A DNA stretch of 64,000 nucleotides, taken from assembly GCA_038087875.1 (NCBI GenBank), contig CM075989.1:5518001-5582000 (forward strand), in the 5' to 3' direction. Shown one piece after another: positions 1-11,596 of this stretch. Position 1 is the stretch's first letter. Every line of letters starts with the position of its first letter. The position numbers and the translations under genes were made by a program. The stretch is from Malacoraja senta (Eukaryota). The notes under the pieces are model-generated. The model searched no databases, had not been told where the DNA came from, and saw only the letters and a list, made by a program, of their open reading frames with translations.

Positions 1-293
1 TACAGTGCGGAAACCGGCCCTATGGCCCACCGAGGCCACGCCGACCAGCGATCCCTGCACACTAACGCTATCCTACACGCACTAGGGACAATTTACCATT
101 TTACTGCAGCCAATTAACCTACAAAACGTTGTGTCTTTGCAGTGTGGGAGGAAACCGGGGCACCCGGAGAAAACCCACGCAGGTTACGGGGAGAATGTAC
201 AAACTCTGTACAGACAGCACCCATGGTCAGGATCGAACCGGGGTCTCAGGCACTGTAAGGCAACAACTCTACTACTGCGCCACCATGCCGCCC
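1..293 (-). mobile_element. V-SINE (HE1-type tRNA-derived SINE)
   Basis: Minus strand reads GGGCGGCATGGTGGCGCAGTAGTAG (A box) ... GGTTCGATCC (B box), then the V-domain GAGTTTGTACATTCTCCCCGT..GCGTGGGTTTTCTCCGGGTG..GGTTTCCTCCCACA and a CR1-like tail. Confidence 0.9.
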
Positions 294-925
294 CACATTT
301 AGTACATTGGACTTCATTGCAGGAAGCTTTGAGCACTTGAATAAAGATATCTTGTTGCAATATCCTAGGACCACACCTGATGAACAGTGTACACCTCGGT
401 TTTAAGTTTACATTTGCTATTGCCAATGTATCGAGATACAGTGAAAATCTTTTGTTCTATCTAATCAAAGCAGATAATACCATACATGAGTCCAATCAAG
501 CCATACGTAAGTACAACAGGTAGGGTGAAGAGAAAGATACCAGAGTGCAGAATATAGTTTATCAGCATTGCAACATATCAGTTCCAGAGATAAAAGACCA
601 ATGTCCCCAGTGAGGTAGGGTGCAGAATCGTGACTGTACCCTAGCTTATGGAAGGACCATTCAGAAGTCTGATAACTGTGGGGAAGGAACTATTCCTGTG
701 TCTGGTGGTGGGCACTTTCAAGCTTTTGCATCTTCTGCCTGATGGGAGCGAGGAGAAGAAGGAATGACTAGGGTGGGTCATTAACTATGTAGTTGGTACC
801 TACGTGGTAGAGGGAGTGAAACAAAGGTTCACCACGTTAAACGATTCACCAGATTCATCCCCTGTGGGTCAGTAAGTAGACTGGGTTTAGAAGGGGGAGA
901 AGTGATCGCATTGAAATGCAAAATG

Positions 926-1260
926 TTTAAGAAGGAACTGCAGATGCTGGAACAATCGAAGGTAGACAAAAGTGCTGGTGAAACTCAGCGGGTGAAGCAG
1001 CATCTATGTAGCAAAGGAATGGGTGACGTTTTGGGTCGATACCCTTCTTCAGACTGATGATGGGAAGGGGGGGGGGGCGAAAGGAAGAGGCGGAGGTAGT
1101 GGGAGAGCTGGGAAGGGAGGGGAAGGAGGGGAGAAAGCATGGACTGCCTGAAATTGGAGAAGTAGTCGAATTGAAATATAATGTTCTTATCGGGTGTGGT
1201 GCAGAGATGATATTTTGTCTGGTCATAATGCCCAGAACCAGGATTATACCTCAATATAAA
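926..1260 (-). mobile_element. Penelope-like element 3' end / pseudo-LTR
   Basis: Same terminal repeat as 11500-11720 (gctgg..aactcagcggg..gcagcatct..gacgtt..gggtcg..acccttcttcag); minus-strand translation contains the degenerate C-terminus FSNFR. Confidence 0.8.
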
Positions 1261-1314
1261 AAAATAAGATGAGAGATTGCTCAACCCAAAAGGTGATGAA
1301 TAGATTTATAGAGT

Positions 1315-1830
1315 CATTGAGACATACAGCACAGAAAGAGGCCCTTCGGCCCAACTTGTCCATGCTGAACAAGATGCCCATCTAAGGTTCCTTTTGGTCC
1401 ATATCCCTCCTTTCTAATCCATGTACCTGTCCATGTGATTTTTTTTAAATTGTGTAATAGCACCTACCTCAACTACCTCCTCGGGCAGCTCGTTCCATGT
1501 ACCCACCACCCTGTGTGAACCTCCACGTTCCCATAAATCTTGCCCCTCTCACCTTAAACTTGTGCCCTCTGATTTTTGATTACCCTACTCTAAGTGAAAG
1601 ACTGTCCGTGCATCCTATCTATTCCCCTCATGATTTTATACACCTCCATAAGATCACCCCTCAGCCTCTTGTGCTTCAAGGATTAAAGTCCTAGCCTGCC
1701 CAACCCCTCCTCAAACACAGCTTCTCAAGGCCTGGAAACATCCTCGCAAATCTTCCCTGCACTCGTTGCAATTTAATGACTTAAATCTTTTGGAATTTTC
1801 TACACAGGAGGAGTGTGGAGGCCCATCCCG
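1315..1830 (-). mobile_element. Old CR1 LINE 3' fragment
   Basis: Similar to the ORF2 C-terminus and 3' tail of the CR1 copies at 36430-36840 and 50870-51425. Confidence 0.75.
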
Positions 1831-1919
1831 ATGATCATTCTCTTAACCCCAATCTTCTTGGCAACTACTTTTTATCTCCTTCCCAGTTCTGATAAAGTGT
1901 CTTCGATGTGAAACTTTAA

Positions 1920-2344
1920 AGGGGCTGTCGCACTGCGGTGACCTAATCCGCGAGTTCAGAAGAGATTAGGAGAGTTTGAAAAAATGTCATGTCGAAGACC
2001 TCCTTCGACCATGTGGAAGACCTCCTTCGACCTCCTTCAACTATGTTGAAGACTATCTACGACTACCTTCGACTACCCTCGATTACCTACGACTAACGTG
2101 CCGACCTACTACGACCTACTTCGACTAAAGCTACGAGTAAAAAAAATATAGATTTTTTTCCATGGCGACCTTTTTTTACTCGCGGTCATTTTTCAACACG
2201 TTGAAAAATACGCCGCGACCTAGCTGTGGCCTCGTGTACACGGGAACTACTCTCGAGCATGAAGGAGAGTTACAAAGACCTCCTAGGACCTCGTGTCGAC
2301 CATGCTACGAGTATGAGTTGAGGGAAAACTCTCCTTCAGGCCCT
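1920..2344. mobile_element. PIF/Harbinger-type MITE (CTACGA-rich subfamily)
   Basis: TAA|AGGGGCTGTCGCACT ... CAGGCCCT|TAA; 3-bp TAA target duplication; right TIR partly deleted. Confidence 0.75.
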
Positions 2345-2507
2345 TAACTCTGTTTCTCTAACTGCAGATGCTGTCTGAGCTGCTGAGTAGTTCCAGGATT
2401 TTCTGTTTTTATTTTAGTTTTATGTTATTTCTTTAGTTTAAGTTTAGCAGAAGACTCTTTTTTTGCCATAGTCGGTCTCCTGTGATTGGCTGGTCTCCGC
2501 TGATAGA

Positions 2508-2832
2508 GGCCTTGATCGAGTGGGTGTGGAGAGAATGTTGCCGCTAGTGCGAGAGTCTAGGACCAGAGGGCACAGCCTCAGAGTAAAAGGACGCACCGCT
2601 GAAATGGAGATTAGGAGGAATTTCTTTTGCCAGTGGGTGGTGAATCTGTAGAATTCATTGACACAAACATTGTGGTCAAGTCATTGGGTGTTCTTAAAGT
2701 GGAGATTGATGGGTTCTTGATTAGTAAGGTTGTCAAAGGTTACGGGGAGAAGGCAGGAGAATGGGGTTGAAGAGGGAAAATAGATCAGCCATGGTGGAGC
2801 AAACTCGATGGGTCAAATGGCCTAATTCTGCT
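2508..2832 (+). mobile_element. CR1 LINE 3' fragment
   Basis: Encodes degenerate MLPLVRESRTRGHSLRVKG-type C-terminus followed by the CR1 3' UTR. Confidence 0.8.
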
Positions 2833-2950
2833 TTTCAGTTTAGTTCAGTTTAGTTTAGAGATACAGAGCTGTAGATTGGCTGTAGATTGGCTACTTCAAA
2901 TTAGCCAATTATAGTGCTTGTTAGTAGTGACTCCGCCTCAACTCATTACA

Positions 2951-2995
2951 TGGTGTCAGAAGTGGGATACGAACTCACGCCTCCAGTTGGAGACC
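2951..2995 (+). promoter_or_regulatory. Primer-binding site complementary to the tRNA-Leu 3' end (extended)
   Basis: TGGTGTCAGAAGTGGGAT is the reverse complement of ATCCCACTTCTGACACCA of vertebrate tRNA-Leu(CAG/CAA), directly after the LTR CA end. Confidence 0.9.
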
Positions 2996-4028
2996 GCACC
3001 CAGTCCCTCCTCTCCCGTGGTCCACGTTAGCCACCAACATATTCGAATGGCATGGGAAACACTACCTGGTTCTTGTTGACTCTTACTCTTAATCATACTG
3101 GTTCGAAATTGATTTACTTCAAACCATTACTTCTGAAGCGGTTATCGCGAAGTTGCAGCGTCACCTCTCCGTGCACGGCTCCCCTGCACCTATTCTGTCC
3201 GACAAAGGCAGACAATTCACCAGCCAATCTTTCAAAAACTTTGCGAAACAATGGGACTTTCGACATATTCCCAGCAGCCCTGAGTTCCCACAGTCCAACG
3301 GACTCGCCGAATGCGCTGTCCGAAGCACAAAACAACTTACGGGGAGGTCCTACCTTGCAAAATCAGACGTATACCTGGACCTGCTTAACCTAAGGAACAT
3401 TGCACGGGATCCCATACTGGGTTCCCCAGCCCAACGACTGATGTCTCGCCAAACCTGTGCTCCCCTGCCTATGTCCAAGCAGCTTTTACAGCCGCAAGTT
3501 CGTTCCCCGCCTGCAGTCCAGAAACAATTACAATTCAAACGTGACACACAGACATGCTTCTTTGACAAATCCAGCAAGCCACTTAAATCTCTTGCACGTG
3601 GACAAGTGGTCCGTCTCCAGACCAACAAGGGCCATGCACGTCTGGGACACGTCCTCGGCCCTGCCAAAGAACCGCGCTCTTATCTGGTTGAAGTGGCCGG
3701 AGCCATCTACAGACGCAACCGTCAACATATCCTTCCGGTGAAGGAACCGCGTCATGCGACTCCATATCCAGATGTCTCGCGTTTCGTATACCCTCACCCG
3801 GTCGGTCCCGTGACCCCGCTGCCAACTAGCGTTTCCACCGCATCCTCCCCGCCGCGTTTGGCGACCAGCTCGCCTATCTCATCATCCTCCCTGCCTGTCG
3901 GGTCGCCGGTCGTTTCTCCAATTCCCTCCCCGGTATTTCCTCCGGTGAAAGGAGGTGAGGCGGATTCGTACCGCCCACGCGCCGGACGGGTTTGCAGGCC
4001 ACCCATTAGATACGGTGATTTTGTGTAA
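2994..4028 (+). pseudogene. Gypsy integrase core and C-terminal region (truncated pol, one in-frame stop at 3090)
   Basis: Frame reads PHPVPPLPWSTLATNIFEWHGKHYLVLVDSYS*..WFEI..HGSP..ILSDKGRQFTS..SSPEFPQSNGLAECAV..PRSYLVE..YRRNRQH..RPPIRYGD, typical DDE integrase motifs. Confidence 0.88.
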
Positions 4029-4318
4029 TTTTACAAACTTTCCCAATTGTGTTATTAACATTCCACCTATATTGCTTAGCCACCGATGATTCTTTTGTTT
4101 CTACAAGGATAGATGTAGATTGGCTACTTCATACTAGCCAATTATAGTGCTTGTTAGTAGTGACTCCACCAATTATGTGCTTTATATTATCAAGAGCTTG
4201 CCTACGCTAGTTAGTATGAGTAGCTGCTGGGAAATGTAATGTCCTATCGATCCTTGCTGTAAGTAGATTTAATAAACATGTGTTGTATCTTGATATGTGT
4301 TCGACTCAACTCATTACA

Positions 4319-4597
4319 CTGGCCCTTCGACCCACCGAATCCGCGCCGACCAGTGATCCCCACACACTAACACTATCCTACACACTAGGGACAATTTACA
4401 CTCATATCAAGCCAATAAACCTACAAACCTGTACGTCTTTGGAGTGTGGGAGGAAACCGAAGATCTCGGAGCAAACCCACACGGTCACAGGGAGAACATG
4501 CAAACTCCGTACCGACAGCACTCGTAGTCGGGATCGAAGCGGGGACTCCGGCGCTGCAAGTGCTGTAGGGCAGCAACTCTACCGCTGCGCCACCGTG
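4319..4597 (-). mobile_element. V-SINE (tail tip at 2837-2869, split by the Gypsy element)
   Basis: A/B boxes, V-domain, (CTAAA)n tail continuing on the far side of the LTR element. Confidence 0.88.
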
Positions 4598-5116
4598 CTC
4601 CTTTGTCTGGTGATCTGCTCATCCAGTCACTTGCTCTGACAGAACTGCAGGACTCTGAGCTGCAGCTTGATGCTGTTGTAACTCCTTCTGGCGGTCTGGA
4701 GTCCGGGTGCAGAGTGTCAGAGGGCAAGATGTGATCATTCAGAGCTCTTGACATCCGAACCTCCCAAGCGTGCAATTTGTAACCACTCCGGGTAAGGATA
4801 AGCAGGCAAAAAACAGCCGTGGGGACTTCATATTTGTTGACGTGTTCACCAGTCACTCAGCACTTTAATTGCTGTCATGTTCTCTTCCCGTTTTCATTGG
4901 CAACCTGCAGGAAGCATGGGAATTTCACAAAGCCAGCGATATACCCCAAAGCACATGTTTTTGTTGGAAAGACACAAAGTGCAGGAGCAACTCAGCGGGT
5001 CAGGTAGCATCCCCGGAGAGCATGGATAGGTGACGTTTCAGGTCGGGACCCTTCCTCAGACTGTATATCTTGCTGCAATGGAGGGATTAACAGAGTTAAA
5101 TTGACAACCAAAGGTT

Positions 5117-5298
5117 GACAAAAGTGCTGGAGAAACTCAGCGGGTGCGGCAGCATCTATGGAGCGAAGGAAATAGGCAACGTTTCGGCCCGAAACGTTGC
5201 CTATTTCCTTCGCTCCATAGATGCTGCTGCACCCGCTGAGTTTCTCCAGCACTTTTGCCTACCTTCGATTTTCCAGCATCTGCAGTTCCTTCTTAAAT
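5117..5298. repeat. Penelope pseudo-LTR fold-back (about 140-bp near-perfect palindrome)
   Basis: caaaagtgctggagaaactcagcgggtg..ggcaacgtttcg|gcc|cgaaacgttgcc..cacccgctgagtttctccagcacttttg. Confidence 0.85.
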
Positions 5299-5479
5299 AA
5301 ATTGACAACCATCTCGCTTGAGAAGATTACTGCCATTTAAATGTGTTAGAATGGGTTTCCTGACTAACTTGAATTATTCAGAAACTTCACCTCACTAAAC
5401 CAGAGCCCATATTAAAACCCCTTCCCTGGTAAGAAAACACTATTAGAGAAATTAATGGTAAAGGCAACATCATCCTTAG

Positions 5480-6240
5480 TTCGACAACCAGAGGTGGCGG
5501 AGGAGATAATGGATGCATTTGTTGTCATCTTCCAATACTTGAGGCGTTCCAATATATCTCCTGCAATTTGAAAGATAGTAAAAGCAATGCCTCTGTTTAA
5601 GAAAGGAGAAGAAGAAAGAAAGAAGAACTGTAGACCAACCAGCCGAACATCAATAGTAGGAAACATGTTAGAATCTATTATTAAGGAAGTGGTAGCAAGG
5701 CACCTGGAAAAATAAATTGGCTGGAGTAGACATGGATTAATAAGAGGAAAATTGTGGTTGCCAATCCATTGGAATACTTTGAAAGTTAAAACTTGTGGAG
5801 TTGATGATTGTGAACCTCTAACTGTGGTATATTTGGACTTTAAGGAGGTCTTTGATCAGGTGCCACAAAAGAGGTTATTGAACGGGATTGGAGTTCATGG
5901 GATGGTGGGGGAAACACTGGCATGGAATGAGGATTTGTTAACAGACACAAAACCGAGACAGGAGTGAATGGGACTTTTCCGAGTTGATGCACTGTTACTG
6001 CTGAGCACCATAGCTGTTCAAACCCTACAGTAATGGTTTGGACGATGGAGTCAAATGTAATATATTCAAGTTTGAAGTCATCCACTTTCATCGAACACAA
6101 TAGAAAGGCAGAGTATTTTTTAAATGGTGAAAGATTGAAAGGTGTCAGTGATGTTCAAAGGGACAGGGTATCCTTGTATACCTTATCACTGAATGGCAAT
6201 ATGCAGGTTTGGCAGGCAATTAGTGAGGCTAACAGTATGT
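5480..6240 (+). mobile_element. Old degraded CR1 ORF2 (RT) fragment
   Basis: Remnant motifs PLFKKG, NCRPTS, VVYLDFKEVFDQVP, QAISEANSM; continues at about 6696-6840. Confidence 0.75.
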
Positions 6241-6242
6241 GT

Positions 6243-6695
6243 AAGAAGGAACTGCAGGTACACAAAAATGCTGGAGAAACTCAGCGGGTGCAGCAGCATC
6301 TATGGAGCGAAGGAAATATTTTGTGCCTATTTTTGTGCCTATTTCCTTCGCTCCATAGATGCTGCTGCACCCGCTGAGTTTCTCCAGCATTTTTGTGGCC
6401 TATTTCCTTCGCTCCATAGATGCTGCTGCACCCGCTGAGTTTCTCCAGCATTTTTGTGGCCTATTTCCTTCTTTCCTTCGCTCCATAGATGCTGCTGCAC
6501 CCGCTGAGTTTCTCCAGCATTTTTGAATACCTTCGATTTTCCAGCATCTGCAGTTCCTTCTTTAACACAAGGAACTGCAGGTGCTGGTTTAAACCGATGA
6601 TAGACACAAAAAGGTGGAGTAACTCAGCGAGACAGGCAGCATCTATGGAGAGAAGGAATGGGTGACGTTTCGGGTCGAGACCCTTCTTCAGACTA
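6243..6695. repeat. Penelope pseudo-LTR cluster: one inverted arm, three tandem ~62-bp units, and a further minus-strand pLTR
   Basis: Unit gcctatttccttcgctccatagatgctgctgcacccgctgagtttctccagcattttt repeated three times; hammerhead motif at 6664-6691 (-). Confidence 0.85.
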
Positions 6696-6849
6696 ACAGT
6701 ATGTTGGTCTTTTGCCAAAGTGGAATTGAGAATTAGACTAAAGTCATCTTACTGTAATAATATAGCAGCAAAGTATGGTCACACATGAAACACAGTGTCC
6801 AGATAGACCTCCCTCTGTCTAATGGAAGTGCATGCTTCCATAGATTGAA

Positions 6850-7125
6850 CTGCATTCAAAGATACAGCATAGAAACAGGCCCTTTGGCCCATTAGTTCTG
6901 TGTTGTCCCACTTTTGCATCTACTCCCTACATACTAGAGGCAATTTACAGAGGCCAATTAACCTACAAATGCACAAGTCTTTGAGATGTGGGAGGAAACT
7001 AGAGCACCCGGAGGAAACCTATGCAGTCATAGGGAGAACGTGCAAACTCCACACAAACAGTACCCGAGGTCAGGATTGAACCTGGGTTTGTGAGGCAGCA
7101 GCTCTACCCGCTGCGCCATTATGCC
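6850..7125 (-). mobile_element. V-SINE (older subfamily)
   Basis: V-domain and tRNA-like head on the minus strand. Confidence 0.8.
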
Positions 7126-7687
7126 ATCCTTGATAGATAGAGCGGACTGGAACTGTACACTGTGTTCCAGATGTGGCCACACGGGACTCTGTATTATTAC
7201 TGGAAGGCGTACAACAAAGGTTCACTATATTAATTTTTGATTCACCAGATTTGTCCTGTGTGGGAAAATAAACAGACCAGGCCTGCAATCTCCTGGGTTT
7301 AAACTAGTGAGATGTGATCTTATATTTGTTCTGGGTTTGAATGGTTGGACGTGGGAGTGGCATTTCCCTTGTACCTCAAATTAGGAGGTCAGTCAATCAG
7401 AAATAAGACTTAAAGAAACCTCTCCACCAACGATAGACACTAGTGGTGGAGTAACTCAGCGGGTCAGGCAACATCTCTGGAGAAATAGGATGTCCGAAGA
7501 AGGGCACCAACCTGAAATGTCACCCATCCCTTTTCTCCAGAGATGCTGCTCGACTGGCTGAGTTACTCCAGTACTTTGTGTCTACTCTTGCTCTCAATGT
7601 CAGCGAAGCCAAGGAGCTGGTTGTTGACTGCTGGAGTGAAAAGCTGGCTATCCGTGAACCCGTCTTCATGGATGGGACGGCATTGAG

Positions 7688-8360
7688 GAGAGTATCCCGG
7701 GGGAGCCGCGCGGCCCATAGACTGGGGACCGAGCACTCGCCCGCCCGGTGGGCCCGACCTGCCCGCCGCGGATGGTGGAACCGCGATCCGTGTCGGAGAC
7801 CGGAACGTGCCCGGAAGGCCCGGCTCGCCCGCCGTGGATCGAGGGCTGATGGTAACCCACCTGGAGGGCCGGTGAGCAGACCGGCTGCGGGAGGGAGTGC
7901 ACGGCCTCGATGGGGGAGTGGGCCACTGGAGGCCCTGCAGCAGCCTGGAGTGTGGCTGGACCAGGTACTGCTCCAAGAAGCCAAGAACACGGACTGGACA
8001 CGGCCTACAGCGGTGGAGCAGCAGCAGAGGACACCACGGCTATGCTTGGCCAGGCCGACCCTGCAACGTCGCCAGGACAACGGGCCTTCATGGTCAGGTC
8101 AAGATCCCTGCATTTACAACAACTGGGACTTGAAAATGGCCCCAAACTGGCGACTCTGTATACTGTCTCAGTGTACTAATGCTGTACACGTACTGTATCT
8201 GAGATGTTTATCTAAGATGTATCTAAGTATATATAGTGATACTTGTACTGAACTGTATACAAAAATGAATTTCACTTTACCTCGGTACATGAGACAAATA
8301 AAGTACCGTACCATACCATACTATACCATACCATACTACCATACCAAACCATACCATACC
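7688..8360 (+). mobile_element. GC-rich non-autonomous retroposon (family B) with LINE-type tail
   Basis: Head gagagtatcccggggg..cgcggccca shared with 9414-9530; tail aatttcactttacctcggtacatgagacaaataaa followed by (ATACC)n; body similar to 50510-50670. Confidence 0.65.
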
Positions 8361-9413
8361 AGACATGAATGTTATTTGGCAAACTGGTGAATCTTTTCAA
8401 ATTCTCGCATGGCTTCAAACATCAGTCAGGCAATTCAAACTAGTAATCCAGATGAAACTCCAGTGAGGTTCTGAAGAAATGCAATTCTTTGAATTTAATG
8501 AGGGGTCAACGCCAGACTTGGCCTGTCCGTTGGGTAGATGTGAAGATTGCTTGGGATTTCTGAACGTTAGCAGCTTCACTGTATGCAACCAAAACCAAAG
8601 AGAAATAACTGAAGATAGACACAAAGTGCTGGAGTAACTCAGCAGGTCAGGCAGCATCTGTGGAGAAAAAGTATCAGTGATGTTTTGGGTCGGGACCCTT
8701 CTTCAGTCTGAACCTATCCACATTCTCCAGGGATGTTGTCTGACCCGCTGAGTTACTTCAGCATTTTGTGACTTTTTAAAAATAATTAAATAGAAACACA
8801 GTTTACCATTGGTGAAGCCTCCAACATGCAAATTGCTGCTACATTACGAATTAATAGATTCCAAGAGATAAGATGCTTTGATGCAGCTGGAAGTCATGAA
8901 ATAAATAAATAAAATCTTCCTCTCATAATTTGACAATAATGTTCTTTTTCATTGAGCTCGGGACGATGTGGGCAAGTAGCAGATTCTACAGACTGCAGAA
9001 CGGTTCCAACCCGAAACATCACCTATCCCCTTTCTCCAGAGATGCTGCCTGACCCACTGGGTTACTACAGCACTTTGTATAAAGCAGCATCTGCAATTCC
9101 TTGTTCCTAGTAATAACCTGATGGTTTTGTTGCTATTTGTAAATTGGCTGTTCTATAAATGATTAGGGTGGCACGGTGGCGCAGCGGTAGAGTTGCTGCT
9201 TTAGAGCTCTAGCAGCGCCAGAGACCCAGGTTCGATCCCAACTACGGGTGCTGTCTGTGCAGAGTTTGTACGTTCTCCCCATGAACGCGTGGGTTTTCTA
9301 TGAGATCTTCGGTTTCCTCCCACACTCCAAAATCGTACAGGTTTGTAGGTAAATTGGCTTGGGTTTGTATACTTGGTATAAGTGTAAATTGTCCCTAGTG
9401 TGAGTAGGATTGG

Positions 9414-10251
9414 GAGCCGCTCGTGCGACGAGAGTGTCCCGGGGAGTCACGCGGGCCCAATCCACCCACCGAACAACCGCGGCGCTGACGACCAGAGCGA
9501 CGACCGGTTACCGGAACGCGCCCCAGTAAGCCTAAAGGGTCTGTCCCACTTGGGCGTTTGTGTGTCATAAACACGACATCATTTACGCATCACGTGCGCG
9601 TCGTGACGCGTGCATGGCGTGCATTATGCGCGCATGGCGCGTGGTGAGACGTGGTGGCGTAGGCAGTGATGCGCGGTCGCGCACGGCGCCCCAGGATTTT
9701 GGGATTCACAAAATCTTCACGCGCCACCTGCACGACACGCAAATGACGCCCAAGTGGGACAGGCCCTTGACTTACCTCACGGGTGTCCCAGGGAACTGCG
9801 GAGAAGATGGACGGCGAGGCCTGTCTGGGCAGAAGGAGCCTCGGCGCCAGCGGCGATGGGAGCCTCGGCGGCGGCAGAGGGAACGTTGGGGAGGGGGGAG
9901 ACCGTGGGGAGCCTTGGCGGCAGCTTGAGCCTCACCAGCAGTGGGAACCTCGGTGGTGGTGGAGCGTGGGGGGGGGGGGGAAGACAATGGGGACCCGGCA
10001 TGGGGGGACCCCCATGAGGGACAGTGGCAGAACAAAGGGGGAGGGGGGGGTGAGCACTCTAGTTTTAGAATCCTCTGCATTAGTTTGTTTGTTCCGGTGA
10101 AGGCACTGTACACACGGCAGCTGACAACAGTCGCCTGTACTTTTTCTTTTTTTTCACTTTTAATTTCAAGTTTTTCGTGCACCTTGTTGTGTCGTGACTG
10201 TTGGCAGACCAGTTTCCCTCCGGGGATGAATAAAGTTTATCGTATCATATC
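9414..10251 (+). mobile_element. GC-rich non-autonomous retroposon (family B)
   Basis: Head shared with 7688; G-rich body (acaatgg..gacccggc) shared with 15700-16130; tail tttccctccggggatgaataaagtt followed by (TATCG)n. Confidence 0.65.
9536..9767. mobile_element. PIF/Harbinger-type MITE (ACGCG-rich subfamily)
   Basis: TAA|AGGGTCTGTCCCACTTGGGCG ... CGCCCAAGTGGGACAGGCCCT|TGA; an inverted sibling lies at 38077-38321. Confidence 0.85.
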
Positions 10252-10891
10252 GTTAATGTGCGGGGATCGCTGGTTGGTGCGGACTCGGTGGGCTGAAGGG
10301 CCTGTTTCCGCGCTGTATCTAAACTAAACAAAATTACATTTTGGGTTTAATTTATTACATTTCATGGTTAATATAAAGTGGTGATAGTGGCTGAGACATG
10401 TGAGACAGCTTTTTGTTTTCTCAATAAACCTAGAGTCCCATTTATATTTTGCAGCCATTTTGGTCCAACTGGAGTTGTTAGTAAGCTGGACACCAGCCAT
10501 TCATATTGTGGGACCGTTGTCCAAACAGTAGCCCAACAAGGAAACATCTATACAGGGAGAAAATGGTGCCAGTTGAAAAGTTAACAACTCGGTTTACTTT
10601 ACTTGGCCAGAGCTTTTATACAATGATAACCACAACCACAATGAAGGAGACTTACCTGACCTCCATCCATCTCAACTCTCCTTTTCCTTTTCAAAGACCG
10701 ATGGCCTGATATACATTACAAATATTTTGTTCTCACTTCAACTTTCCTGCAGTTACAATTTTAACCCTGACTGGCCCAGCTGTATTTTTGGAGGAAGAGG
10801 CCAATTATGCTTTCATGGGAACTGCTCTTCAGCTGGGAGTATGACAATGAGACTAGTGCATGAGAAGAAGGTATTGGTCTGTATGAGTATA

Positions 10892-11180
10892 GGGCAGCCC
10901 AGTGGCAAAGCGGTAGAGTTGCTGCCTTACAGTGCCAGAGACCCAGGTTCAATGCTGTCTGTATGGAGTTTGTACGTTCTCCTTGTGGGTTCTCTGCGTG
11001 GGTTTTCTCCGGGTGCTCCGGGTTCCTCCCACACTCCAAAGAGGTACAGGTTAATTGGCCAGTAAAATTGAAAATTGTCCCTAGTGTGCAGAATAGTATT
11101 GGTGTATTGCTGGTCTGCCTGGACTCGGTGGGCCGAATAGCCTGTTTCTGCGCTGTATCTTTCAAGTCAAAAGTAAATTT
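10892..11180 (+). mobile_element. V-SINE
   Basis: Head, V-domain and tail. Confidence 0.85.
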
Positions 11181-11596
11181 TAAAGAGTGTGAAAACTGTG
11201 ACCTTCAGGTTCAAGAACACCTTTTTTCCCAACAACCATCAGGATCAGGAACTCTACAAACACCAACTACGTTATGAACGACAAACTGCCTTAGTTGCAC
11301 TGAGGAATTTGGGCTTTTTTTGCACTAATATTGTTTTTTTTAATTTATTGAACATTATTTTGTTTATTATGTTATCTATGAGTACTGTGTTTACAGACCA
11401 GTTAGGGCTGCTGCAGGCAATAATTTTATTGTGCCATTTTCAATACGTATTAAATACTCTTGACTGTTTCACATGGAAACAGACCCTTTTCCTACTTCTG
11501 TTTAAGAAAGAACTGCAGACGCTGGAAAAATCGAAGGTAGACAAAAATGCTGGAGAAACCCAACGGGTGAAGCAGCATCTGTGGAGAGAAGGAATA

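Larger units (their letters stand above)
2870..4318 (+). mobile_element. Internally deleted Ty3/Gypsy LTR retrotransposon (LTR-PBS-integrase-PPT-LTR), inserted into a V-SINE tail
   Basis: Direct repeats TGTAGATTGGCTACTTCA...CTCAACTCATTACA at 2870/2881-2950 and 4114-4318 (TG...CA ends, AATAAA at 4271); tRNA-Leu PBS at 2951; short purine tract at 4105-4113; integrase ORF between them. Confidence 0.9.
9166..10330 (+). mobile_element. V-SINE (9166-9412 plus 10252-10330) interrupted by nested insertions
   Basis: GGGTGGCACGGTGGCGCAGCGGTAG head, V-domain, tail resumes at gttaatgtgcggggatcgc..ctaaactaaac. Confidence 0.85.

Noticed and set aside
2951..2995. tRNA-Leu gene on the minus strand
   Set aside because: Only the 3' half is present, it includes CCA and abuts an LTR, so it is a primer-derived copy.
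7578..8390. 270-aa ORF
   Set aside because: Runs across a pLTR end, a Rex1 scrap and a GC-rich retroposon; open only because of high GC content.
9166..9245. tRNA-like sequences at V-SINE heads (many copies)
   Set aside because: They have A/B boxes but no complete cloverleaf and continue into the V-domain; only 54030-54100 is a true tRNA.
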